From Monocercomonoides exilis PA203 (taxonomy: Eukaryota; Protista; Preaxostyla): a DNA stretch of 64,000 nucleotides. The stretch is taken from the NCBI GenBank assembly GCA_001643675.2, contig LSRY02000033.1, forward strand, positions 124,001 to 188,000, written 5' to 3'. The translations under genes and the position numbers were made by a program. Below, piece by piece: positions 52,701 to 64,000 of this stretch (position 1 is the first letter of the stretch; each line of letters begins with the position of its first letter). The notes beneath the pieces are model-generated. The model saw only the letters and a program-made list of their open reading frames with translations, was not told the origin of the DNA and searched no databases.

Positions 52701-55700
52701 GTAATCGTGTCCTGTGGATGCAGAGGAAGATGAAGATGACAACATCGAGGGAGGCAAGGCGTCTTCGTCCGAAGGGATGTATCGTCCAGTGATGATATCA
52801 TAGAGCGTTGGGTATGTGATAATTGACGGCTTATTCAGCAGCTTGATCATCTCGTTCTTCATCCATCGGTTGATCTCTTCCGCATTTCCCTTTGAAAGTG
52901 CATAGACTGCATTATACAGCGGGCTCACCATCTCCATCGCTCCTCCTGCAATCGCCATGAGTGAGCCAATAATCGTCTCAAACCCTCTCTGTGGATACAG
53001 CTGATCGCACCTCTGTTTGTTGAGCGATGCTTCCAATAACAAAATTCCATGTTTCAACTGCCACACTTTTGCTTGTCTCGCCAGCGTCGCTGCTGCCAAC
53101 ACCGCCTCATTCAGCTCGTGTGTCTGCTTCACCAACCTCATCACAATCGTGCGCAGAGCAGTCGAGCTGTGTCCCATCAGAAAGAGAGAGAGACCATCCA
53201 CACGTTGCAATAGACCATGGATGACTGATGCCTGTTCAGTTGTAGAGACAGACAGGCTGTACAGAGGAGCGACTGCAAAGCAAGTGTCGATGGTGTGTGT
53301 GGCTGAGAGGACAACAGACAGTTTTGCGTGTGCTGCAGCCATTTCAGAGCGCAAAGAGCGTGTCCACTGCTGCAGAAGCACAAGAAGAAGCAAAGAAAGC
53401 GTAGTCAAGGGCATTTCTGCTGTAGCCAGCTGCAGATCGGTTGTACTCACTCGCTTTTTCAGCTGCCCGGCTCCTTGTGCATTCGTGTCGTTCCCATTTG
53501 CACCACCAAGTTCATCGCCTCTCTTCTTCTTCTTCTTCTTTTTCTCCTCTTTGTTGTTCTTTTCTTGTTCCGTCTGCGCAGCAGCTGCCGCTGCCTTGTT
53601 CATCGCCGCTTCTTCCTCTTTGAGTTTTCTGTCAGCCATCTTCTGCAGCAGTGCAGGGAGCGACTGAATTTCCTTGATGACTTTCAACACGAGCGATGCC
53701 CTGAGTGTTGGGTGCAGCTCCATCGCCTTTTGGAGAGCAAATCCGACTGCTGCTGCGGTTGGTGCGTGTCTGTGCAGGATCATCCGCACAAACGGTGTCT
53801 GGGTGAAAATCGACTGGCACTCGCGGATGGAGAAAGATGCCATAAAGGGAACAGCCAGCACTGCATTCTGCGCCATCAAAAGAGAACACTGAAATCGCCC
53901 GCTTTCGCCAGCGCCAACAGCAACCACTCCGTTTGGCTTGGACCCTCCTTTCGACTTTGATACAACGCCGCTGCCGTAAATCTCCGCGTTCGTGATGTGG
54001 AATGCAGCACCTCTTTTGTTCATTGCCAAGTACATTGAGACAGGTGTGCTGTAAGCTGAAGGCACAAACCGAGAGACGGCACAGAGTGGAGGGTCGGGAA
54101 GGATCAAGCCGCAGTCCTCTTCTTCCTCCATGTGCTCGGCCACTGACTCCACCAGTGCATATGTTGGTGTCAGAATGCTGTCTTCTACTTCCAGTGCATT
54201 GTTCAGTCCGCCTTTTTTGCCTTCATGGAAGAATAAATCTTTATTGTGTCGAACTTGCCTTTCTTTGTCTGAAAGAGATCCGCTTCCAGCTTTATCAGAA
54301 GATGCAGAAGAAGCAGAAGCAGACGATGACGATAAAGAACCATCTGCAACACCATTCGCTCCAATTGTTCCACGCGAAGATGAAATGCCTTGCCCACCTG
54401 TGGCCAAAGCATCCGCACGTGATTTCCCCATCAGCTTGTCAACAACTGCAGCGTTTCCCAGCGAAGAGACAAGGGAAACAGCAGAGTGAAGACCCACAGA
54501 CGCTAAACGAGATGGCGTTGCAGCCATTTTGGACTGCTGGTTGGTCAGAACAGCAGAAATGAAGGGAAGTGTGCTGGATGGGACACCAAAGCCAAAGAGA
54601 GAGGTACGGCCTTTGGAAGATGTCATGCCACGAGAAGAGGAAGAGGAAGAGGAAGAGGAAGAGGATGAAGATGATGAGGATGAATAAGAAGATGTATTCT
54701 TCATATCGAAGAAAGAGAATCCGAGTGCATCATCATCATCTGCATCATCCAAATCTTCGTCTTCATCAACCTCATCAATCCCCAGTGCAGCATCAAAGTT
54801 GAACAAGTACTCATCTTCGATGTCTCCTTCACCTTCAACTGCCTCTTCCTCGTCGCCCAATCCATTCACACCCCACTCTCCGTCTCTTTCCTTCCATCTG
54901 TCGCACTCTGCACACGAGCTCCTTCCATTGAGTGTGTATCCTGTTTCCCTCTTCCCTTTCTCTCTCGCATGGTCTGCTGCTGCTCTCTCTGCTTTGTCCT
55001 CGTCATCCTCATCCCCTTCATTCAGCACATAAGCCGGCCGGTACACCACTCGATCTGCATCCTCTTCCTTTGTGAGCGTAGCCATCGTCTCTGCCTCCAT
55101 CTGCTGCGCTGTCCTATGTGCGCCATGCACTCCACTTCCTTTGCCTCCGCTGGCTCCTGCTCCACTCCCTCCTGCACTCATCATCACTCCTTCCTCTTCT
55201 CCTGATGTGCGGATGTTCTCCTTCACAATCGCCATCACTGCCAAATGTGTCTTCTTCTTCTCCACATCGCCTGATCGCACAACTGCCATGCTGCTGTGGC
55301 CCAATTGACACGTTTCTGCTGCTGCTCTCCTCCTCTTCTCTCTCAAGCGTGTTCTTTCTGCTTTGCTCATCCCTCTCAGCCTCAAAAGTCTGTGTGCATT
55401 CATCTTCCTCGCAGCCACTCGCTCCAATGGTTCTAAAACGGTGTTGTTCCAAGGGGCATCTCTGGGTGTGGAGCCGTGGTTGGAGCCGAACAGCTGCTGT
55501 GCTCTGGAAAGCGCAATGACAGGATTCTCAAAGAGCGTCGTGTGTGGAGCAGAGGAAAGCATCTCTCTTTGCCCAACAGCCTCAGCCAGCAAAGCATCTG
55601 GCAATGAAGGAAACAGTGTGGCCTCTGCAAAGTTGAATGGAAGATCCACAAATCCGTCTTTGATCCCACTCCGGTTCTTTGGTCTTGCACGGCTAACTTC

Positions 55701-58001
55701 AATTCCCTCAACACTCTCATCTTCTGAATTCGTTTCCTCTTCTCTTCCAGCGGCTTGCTTGTTTTCTGCTTCTTCTTCACTGACAGACCCTCCAAATGTG
55801 CTCCCAGTGTGCGAAAGTGAGGCGAACGATGAAGAGAACACATAGGAGTTCAGAAATTCTGGTGTGGAAACACCACGTGGATGCTGCGATGCAAGCTGCC
55901 ATGCAGTCAAAGCAGATGAGCGGTCAGCCAGACACTCAGAGAGAGTGGGCTGTGTAGTGCATATTCCTGTTCTGTCCAGCCCGAACTCCTCCACAAACTT
56001 CCGCAGACAGAGCCTAATGAACGGCGCAAATGCCTCGTCGCTGAGAGACGAGATAAACAGGATCTGACTCTGTGCAAACTGGAAGTACTCAGATCCTCTC
56101 AGGGGCTCCTCTCTCTTGGACGCCTTCACCATCATCCCGGACTTCTGGAACGAGAACGAGATCCAGCTCTCCATCCAGCCGTGCGAGCGGATGAACATGT
56201 ACTGCAAGGCGCGCAGCACAGCAACCATCGCGTGCCGATACTCGTTCGGCTTGTCCATCAGAAACAGCACAACATTCTTCCAGAAGAGGTCAATGTCCAA
56301 CAGTGCAATTTGCGCAAGTACTCTTCCTCGTGCTGCTAATGTCTCGTCAAATTGAGGGGGAAGCGCATCGACACCTGATCCTCCTGCTCCACTGCCACCT
56401 TGCCCACCGCCTCCGGGAAGTGCCTTCCGGAGAAATAGAGTGTTGATCACTTCATTAAGAATATCATCAGTTGGAGTTTTTTGTGCGTTCTGATCAAAGA
56501 TGCGTGTGGAGCACATGGAGTTGATGGAAGGTGTGAGGCAGACACATCCTGAAGTAGAATGGGGAAGAATGGCTGATGATGCTGAACTCGAGACATACGA
56601 AGGAGAGCCATCTGTTCCAGAAATGGAAGACGCTGCAGAGCTGCTTGAGTCGTCGAATGGTGTCCAAATCGGGGTGTTGAAGCGAGGTGTTCCCGAAAGC
56701 ATCATCTGAAGTGCATCTGTTGCTGTGACTGCACAGCGCGTATTCCGCGACCAGATGACGGTGATGAGGAGCTTGACGACTTCAGCTGAGCGCTCTCGAT
56801 AAATGTTTGGGAAAGCCGTGGCGATTGTGCTGATGAGAAGAGGAGTATCGCTTGTGACTGGCTTTGTCTTCAGCTGGCGAGCGAGCGAGCTGAGAAGATC
56901 GGAAAGAGACTAAGGAAAAAATGATAGTTTTTTTTTTAAAAAAAAATGAAATGAAAATATAAATGATCGTGCAAACGTTTGAATCCTGGTTAAGTGCTTG
57001 AGTTGGGGCTTTTGAAATGACTGACATGAATATACCGCTCAAAACGCTTAAGTGAAATGATTTGGCTTGGTCTCGTGACAAATGGTACACCAGAGCCTCG
57101 ACAACGTCATGTAATGAATTTGAATTTGTACATTCTTGCCATCCAAATGCAAGAGATGAGATCACCACATTTGCAGGCTGAAGTGGAAGTTGGCCTTGAA
57201 TTCTTCGAAGACTTTCCACCAGTTTTCCAACTGCCAAATCAAAGCTGGAATGAAGTGAAAATATGCATAAGAAAAAAACATGTCAATAATAAAACACTTT
57301 CGTCATATGTTAAAATCATGAACACACAATTCTCTATCATGGAAAAAGACGCTGGTAATCTTACCCCATTGAAGACTGATTTGAAAATTCATTTTGAAAA
57401 CATATTCATTGGCAGTATCCCAGTTATAGTCGCTTTTATCAAAAAACAAGCTTGTTTTCTTCATAATTTCAACAGCAGTATATCGTGAAACAGATGAAGC
57501 CTTTGAACAAAACGTACTAAGCGCGTCTGTTAAGCCGAGTAATATTGTCCAAAACTATAAATGAAACAAAAATAGAATAAAAAATTATGAATATCTATTT
57601 TCATTAAAAATAAAAAGCAGACAATAATCTGCGACGAGGTTGGAGACATTGCTTCTAATGGACCCAGTTTAAGGAAATGTGGTTCTTTTCCAGCAAATTT
57701 TTTGTGATGGTCAAAAGAAATAATGTTTAGAATGTAATTGCAGATGTCATCACTGTGCTCGTCTGAAAATGATGAAAGTCTTTTTAGACTCTTAATATAT
57801 ACAGATTCCGTTCTTGGAAAATACACCCATCTTCGAAACGCATCCGAATCCTGAAAAAGTGAATGAAAAACAACAATCGATCAAATAAAAAAAGGAAAAT
57901 TGGATACAGACCTCAAGTGGGTGTATTCGATTATTACTAAAAATAAGATCGACCAACTCGGAACAAAAAACGTCAACAGCGAATTTTGCGGAGTTGTTCA
58001 T
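37782..58001 (-). CDS. fry: Giant Furry/Tao3/Mor2-family scaffold (~6646 aa) with a C-terminal coiled coil and RGS domain
   Basis: Exons 58001-57912, 57850-57623, 57554-57328, 57244-56977 and 56909-37782, phase-consistent. Furry N-terminal blocks occur in the expected order: TPLLISTIATAFPNIYRER..CAVTATDALQMML; VINTLFLR..RVLAQIALLDIDLFWKNVVLFLM..AMVAVLRALQY; FVRMILHRHAPTAAAVGFALQ; LSLLLLVLLQQW; LQRVDGLSLFLMGHSSTALRTIVMRLVK. RGS pattern at ~38295-38765. Confidence 0.85.
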
Positions 58002-58624
58002 CTTTTCTTTAAAGACGTGATCTATCCCTAAATTCTGCAAATGAATAAAAAAGATAAGTTTGATTATTATTCACATAAGTTTTGCAATATGTTAATAAAG
58101 CATGAACAGTAGTTTGAAAGTGAAAATTGTTGCATTCTTTATTTCTTTGAATATATTAAACTTAGAAGCATATCAAGTTATTTGGAAACGAATGTTTGAT
58201 GATAATAAATAAAAAAAAGAACAAAGAATACAATTAATTTCTTAAAAATACTCTTGATTTGTTTGCAAAAAATTTGAAAGGATGATGTGAAAACAGTTGA
58301 AATGAAAAAATAATTCAAGATGTTTTGTTTTCGAAAACAGCTTTGCACAAGAAAATGGTATAATTATGAAACGTTCTTAGAAAAAGGAAAACGAAATTTC
58401 TATGTTTCTCTTCCTTTTTTGACAAATTATTTTATTTCATTAAAAGTTTTTTCTGCTTTTCTTTTGAAATCTTAATCGTGAAAAAACTTTTATCTTTTTA
58501 TTCAAGCCAGTAATGGAAATATTTTAATCGAGTTCAAAAACTCGCCATTAAAAAGAAACAGTTATAAAAAAATAAAAATTATAATAATAAAATAATAATA
58601 ATAATAACACATTTCAAAACTTCT

Positions 58625-58832
58625 TTATGAAAACACAACACCTAATAGGATAAGAGAAGGATCATAAGGATTGCCTGTAACTGCTGTTATTTCGCGGCCA
58701 AACGTGTCGAGAAAGGCATCAACTTGAGCGCTGAGCTGAGAAAACAGAAACGGAGGCAGCAAAATAAGGGTGGAGGAAGAGAAATTTGAAAGTGATATTG
58801 ACTGCCTTGAGTAAGAGGAAGAAGAGGAAGGA

Positions 58833-58865
<33 letters not shown>

Positions 58866-60816
58866 TTATTCGACATATCCACAACGCCGATGCTTTTGTG
58901 CAGTGACAAATGAGCAGTTATTGCTTTCATCAGTCGCAGATCAGACTTGTTCGTGCATTCCAGCACAAACAAAGAGCATCCCATAGACGATGATGAATCT
59001 CCGCTTGAATAAGCAGAAGAAGAGGAATACGATGAGGATGAAGAAGAAGAACCAGATCTTAAAAGATTTGATGGTGCCATGTCCTTCTCCTTCAGTGTGC
59101 TCGACCATTCGTTCAGTCTCTTCAGTGCACTTTTAACATCTGCACTCAAAGACATCTCCAAAACAGAGGGGAAATTCTCCTTTTTCAGTGGTGTCGGCAG
59201 AAGCGGAGTGAAATTCATTGAAATCGGAAGCAGCGGCGCCAGGCGCAGTGATCGTGTGCACAATGAAGAGAGAAGAGAGAAGTGTTGTGTGCTTTGAGAA
59301 GACGGGTCGCTGGACGATGTTGAGGATGAATCTTGTTCGGATGTTGGTACTTCATAAACAGCATTAGAAGAAGAAGAAGAAGCAGAAGAAGATAGAGAAG
59401 GTGAAGAAGGAATTAAAGAAGAAGAAGAAGACGATGATGATGAAACACTTGCATCTGCTGTTATTGATGGCTCCTCTCCTTTGACAGTCAGCGCAGACAG
59501 AGAAATTGACTGCAGTGAAGGGTCGTTTGTTGTCAAAGCTGGATTAATTAAGCTGAAGAGGCTGTTGAGCTCGTTCGATGCCTTGCTGATCTGCTGCACC
59601 ACTCCTGTTTTTTCGCCTCGACGCGCTGACGACTGCTGAGAGGAGGAGGCAGAGGAAGAGGAAGATTGAGATGTTTTGTTGGTTGTGTTGGTTTTGGAAG
59701 AACGAGAAGGAGGAGAAGAAGTTGGACCAGAAGCAGACGAGGATGAAAATAATTTGGAAGGAGATGACTGTAAAGTTGAAGAAGATGAGGATGAAGACTT
59801 AGAATATGGCGATGATGAAAGATTTTGATCGGCCAAGCCATCAGACGAGAGAGAAGAAGAAATGAGCACAGGCGTGGCTGGAGGTGAGTCTGTGCTTGTG
59901 GCTGGATGTGAAGGAGAGGAAGAACGTGAAGATGCAAAAGAAGAAGATGATGAGGATTTTCGTGGGTGTTGTGGACGTGTTGGAAGCACTTGACTGTGTT
60001 GGTTGGAAGATGTAGCAGGCACTTCTTTTGAAGATTGATCTGTTGAAGAAGAAACAGAAGAAGAAGAAGAAGAAGAAGAAGTTGACAATTCTCCTGATTG
60101 AGTGTTTCTTTTCTCTGACTTTCTAACATTATCTGCACTTTTCTTCTCTTTCAGTGCTTCGTCCATCACTTCCTTTCCATTTTCGTTCTCATTTTCATTT
60201 TCATTTTCATTTTCATTGCCGTTCTCAGATTCCTCATTCTCATCCTCTTCCTTGTTCTTCTCTCCTTCATTGCCGTCTGCTTCTCCCTCGTTTTTCTCCC
60301 TTCCTGCTGCTTGATCCGTCATCAGCCCTTTCTCTGCTGCTGTCTCAATCACCTCTTCTCCTCTGCCTGTCTTCTTAATCATCATGCCTTCCTCATCACT
60401 CCTCACAATCACTTTCTTCTTCGCCTCTTCTTCCATTTCTTCTCTCTTCTTCAGCAGCGCCTCGTCTGCCATCGCAAAGGAATCCATGCTGGCGACTTCT
60501 GCTGGCTTGATCTTCCCAGTCAACACTGCTATTCTAAACGTCCCGTTCTTCTCGTCAGTCAAATTGAACCGCAGCGACTTATACTGGTCTCTGTATCCCT
60601 TCGCATCCTCCGAGCCGAACTGCTCAAAAAGCGCGTTCTCAAGCTGCTTGGCAAGCGCAGAGATGTGAGAAAAAGTTGGGTCGAAGTCAATAGAAAGAGG
60701 AAGAAGGCTCTGCTGCACAGACAGCGGGTTGTTGATGATGACAGGCGGGCGCTGTGGCGCTGATGCAGCGGAGGGGGCTGTGGTGTTGCGGATGGGAGTG
60801 GTTGTTGAAGTGGATG

Positions 60817-60847
<31 letters not shown>

Positions 60848-61891
60848 TGTTGTTGTTGTTGTTGATTGCGATGGTTGAGTTGAAGTGCTTCCAACTTCAT
60901 TTGCCTCTTCTTTCATTTGCTTTTCTTTTTCTTCGTTCTTCTCTTTGAATTCATTTGCTATTCTATCAATCGACTCCTGAGTCTGCTTCAGTGCCAGATT
61001 GAGCGCAATCCGCAGCGCATTGTTGAAGTTCCTCACAAACACCATTCTCGTTTCGCTCAAATACAATCTCCCTTTCGCCACATTCGCTCCTTGTTGACCT
61101 GATGCTGCTGCACGTCTGGCTTTGGTTTTCCTTTCCTCTTTCGCCTGCAGCTCTGCCTGCCTCCTTTTGATCTCCTCGTCGCTCAGCATCAGCCCCTTTT
61201 TCACAAGCTCTGCTCGCTTCTTTGCCATTCTTTCCTTTCGCGCTTTCAGAATCTCTTCTTTTGATGCTTTCTCTTTTCTGTGCTTCGGCTTTTTCGGGCG
61301 AGGTTTCGGCTGCGCAGAACGCAGAGCACGAACAACAGTGTTATCTCTATTTGACTGGAGCGCTGAAGAAGAAACATTCTGTTGAGTGTTGTGCAATTTG
61401 TCATCGTCGCTTGACATATCTGCAAATGGATCACTCTCTGATCCGACATCGAGTTCTATAATTGACGAGCCAGAAGTATCAGAAAGAGACCAATCAGAGG
61501 ATTCATCATCTTTCGTTTTCCCTTCCGCTTCATCAATATCTTTAAATGGATCGTCATCAGAAAGCCAATCATCTTTTGAGCTGTCATCTTTCAGAGACGG
61601 AGAATGAATTACACCGTGATTCCCATTAAAATGAGCATTTGGATTATTAAACGATTGTGATTTCAGATGTGATTCGTCTTCATGTGGATATACCGGTTCG
61701 GTATAGTTTGGATCATTAAATGTGTCTTCGAATGGCTCTCCAAAATCATAAGTTATAAAATCACTATCCTCCTTTTTTCTCCTCTGTCGAGATCCAAGAT
61801 AATTGTAATTTTCATTATTCAGATCAAAAGTGTCAAGTGAAGTTTCTTTGAAGTCGTCAAACAAAAAATCATCCAGAGAATCTTTAGACAT
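58625..61891 (-). CDS. Bye1/PHF3/DIDO-like transcription elongation factor (TFIIS central domain + degenerate SPOC), ~1088 aa, intronless
   Basis: ATG 61891 (MSKDSLDDF). TFIIS-M motif LAKQLENALFEQF...YRDQYKSLRFNLTDEKNGTFRIAVLTGKIKPAEVASMDSFAMA, followed by the family-typical KKTGRGEEVIE. C-terminal FPSVLEM...LFVLEC...HLSLHKSIGVV...LILLPP is SPOC-like. Confidence 0.8.
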
Positions 61892-62220
61892 TTTATATTC
61901 TCTTTTAAATTTTATATTTATAAAGTGATCCAAAAATTTGCATGAACAACGTTTATACGTGATAAAAATTCGAAAAATAACAACAGTGATTTGCAAATAA
62001 CAACGAAAATAGTCATTGAAAAAGCAGCAATGTATTAAATAATGTGGTGAAATATAAATGAGAATGCTCCAAACCTGTATTTAAAAGCCGATAGCTGTCA
62101 ATTAATCAAAAATAAAATGTCAAATTAAGAAACTATTTATTTATGGAACGATCAAAAATTTGATTGACCCTTACTTATATGCGCAACAAGTAACATTAAA
62201 CTTTTTTTGATTTTAGCTTG
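61892..62220. promoter_or_regulatory. Probable bidirectional promoter between divergent genes
   Basis: 329-bp AT-rich gap between ATG 61891 (-) and ATG 62221 (+). Positional inference only. Confidence 0.45.
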
Positions 62221-64000
62221 ATGGAAGAAAAAGAAGAATCTGTCAAGCAATGCGGAAGGGAGCAGCAAATATTTGCTATGAATTTGATGATGGAACTTAG
62301 TAATGAGTCAATGATTCGTCTGAAAGAACAATTTGAAGAAAAAGAAATTCATGTTGATGATGTATATCTCATATAATTATAATTTTGAGTTAAGCTTTCA
62401 AATTTTATTTTTTCTGAATAAATTTTTTCAATTCGATAATTTTTATTTGCAATTATGACTTCATTATTTTATGTTTTAGTTTGTTGCTTTGATGGAAGAG
62501 CATCTCCCTGCCAGTTTCTTTGATGTAGCATTTGTTAGAAATCTTGTGAATCTTTTTGAAGAAATTGATGTTAATGGCGATGGTGGAATGGAATGGGAAG
62601 AATTTACATCTTTTATTATTGAATCTGCACTTGTCGTTCAGACTGACAAGAGAAGAAAGAAAAATGTTTGCATAACATTCTTGGAAATTACCTATATTTT
62701 TTACTTTATAAATTCTTTAATTTAAGTTTAATTATGTTGCTGATGTTCAGTTAACAGACTCAATCGGTTGGATGTGGTATTCTCCTGTTCTGAAAAGAAT
62801 CCTTTGTTCTGAAGACCACACTAACAATGTAATTCTCATCGATCCAGCTGTATGCTATACTAATATTATTAATTACTGAATTTCTGAATTTGAATTTTGT
62901 TGCGAATATTATTTTTTCGATTTTTAAATCAGAATGGACATCAAACTCAATCTCTCAATGGACATATTGGAGTTGTGTTATGCGCCATACATATCCCTTC
63001 CAAGCATCTATTTGTGACATGTTCTTTGGATCAAACACTTGCAATTTGGGATGAAGAAACGGGTATATGCCTTCATTATCAAACTACTGTGACAAAATTG
63101 GTATGAAATTAAAGTCAAAAGAGCAAGTAATTTTTCATAAAAAATTGAGAAGTTTTTTCTTGAAGTTTTTAAAGCAAATGAATTTTTAATTACATTTTTT
63201 TTTTTGCACAATTTGTCATAAACTTTTCCAATGAAACTAATTATTTTCTTTTATATTCTTTTTCAAACCCTCTTTTTAATTAATTTCAGGAAGATGCTGT
63301 TCCTCAGTCTTGCCTGCTGTGGGACGAATCGCGAAACCAGCTGTTTAGCGGGGGAATCAATGGGCGCATAAACATTTGGTCGATCAACAGGACAGACAAA
63401 TGGGAAGTGTGTTTCAAATTGAGGGGAAAATAAAAATGTTACATAGAAAAACAATTATTGAAAGAAAGAAAGAAAGAAGAGAAGAAGTTAAAAGGAATTT
63501 TTTTTTTTTGAAACTTTCAATGTGAAGAAATCAGTCAATGATTTTTGAGCAATTTTATTTTCAAAAAAGAAAAATGTTTCACATTTTTTTTTTCACTTCA
63601 TTTGTTCTTTTCAAATCGATCATTTCTTTTTCAATTTCTTTTTTATCATTATTGTTATTGTTATCATTATCATTTCTAAAAAATGCAATTCTTTCCTCCT
63701 CCTCATTCTCCTCCCATCCCCACACCCTCCTTCCTCCCTCAGATGAACCTCATCGGCATCCTCTGTGAAGGCAAGCACAAAGTCCTCACCCCACTCGCCA
63801 TCACCTCTCAAATCGAAGGTGTCCCCCTCTCTCCTCTCCAGCGCACCCCTGCCTCTCCTCACTATCACTCACAGCGCCGCTCCACTTCTCCCAGACCCCG
63901 CTCAAATTCAGCTATGGCGTATACTTCCCCTTCTGCTTCTCCCTCTTCTCCTTTTCCTTTTCCTTTTCCCTCTTCTTCTTCTTCCTCTTCCTCCTCCTCT
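62221..64000 (+). CDS. EF-hand + WD40 repeat protein (WDR49/WDR64/EFCAB8-like); 3' end lies outside the window
   Basis: Exons 62221-62361, 62480-62665, 62727-62849, 62933-63100, 63290-63406 and 63743-onward, all phase 0. Canonical EF loop LFEEIDVNGDGGMEWEEF. WD repeats LNGHIGVV...FVTCSLDQTLAIWD and LFSGGINGRINIW. Confidence 0.85.

Noticed and set aside
37802-56709. Dozens of short overlapping ORFs
   Set aside because: Shadows of the Furry-RGS exon caused by codon bias.

Overview
Eukaryotic genomic DNA using the standard genetic code: GC-richer coding islands in very AT-rich spacers, short GT-AG introns (mostly GTNTG donors) and long Ser/Glu low-complexity tracts. Composition and the multicopy orphan family most resemble the oxymonad Monocercomonoides (inference from recall, not from a search). 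Genes, left to right: (1) a TmcB/TmcC-like polytopic membrane protein running off the left edge (minus strand, missing from the ORF track); (2) three members of one ~400-430-aa helical orphan family (one intact, one frameshifted, one decayed); (3) a ~2070-aa low-complexity protein with possible EME1/Mms4-like ERCC4 remnants; (4) a 6-exon gene fusing an F-box to a TMEM185-like multipass membrane domain; (5) a disrupted acidic/coiled-coil gene ending in a 15-bp minisatellite; (6) a ~6650-aa Furry/Tao3/Mor2 homologue with a C-terminal RGS domain; (7) a Bye1/PHF3/DIDO-like TFIIS-M + SPOC protein; (8) an EF-hand + WD40 gene running off the right edge. Two intergenic regions (7.5-11.3 kb and 23.8-26.9 kb) contain five long inverted-repeat elements (MITE/foldback-like), three of them flanked by TA. 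The most novel-looking items are the Furry-RGS fusion, the membrane-embedded F-box protein and the inverted-repeat elements with homogenised arms. All domain calls come from manual motif recognition.
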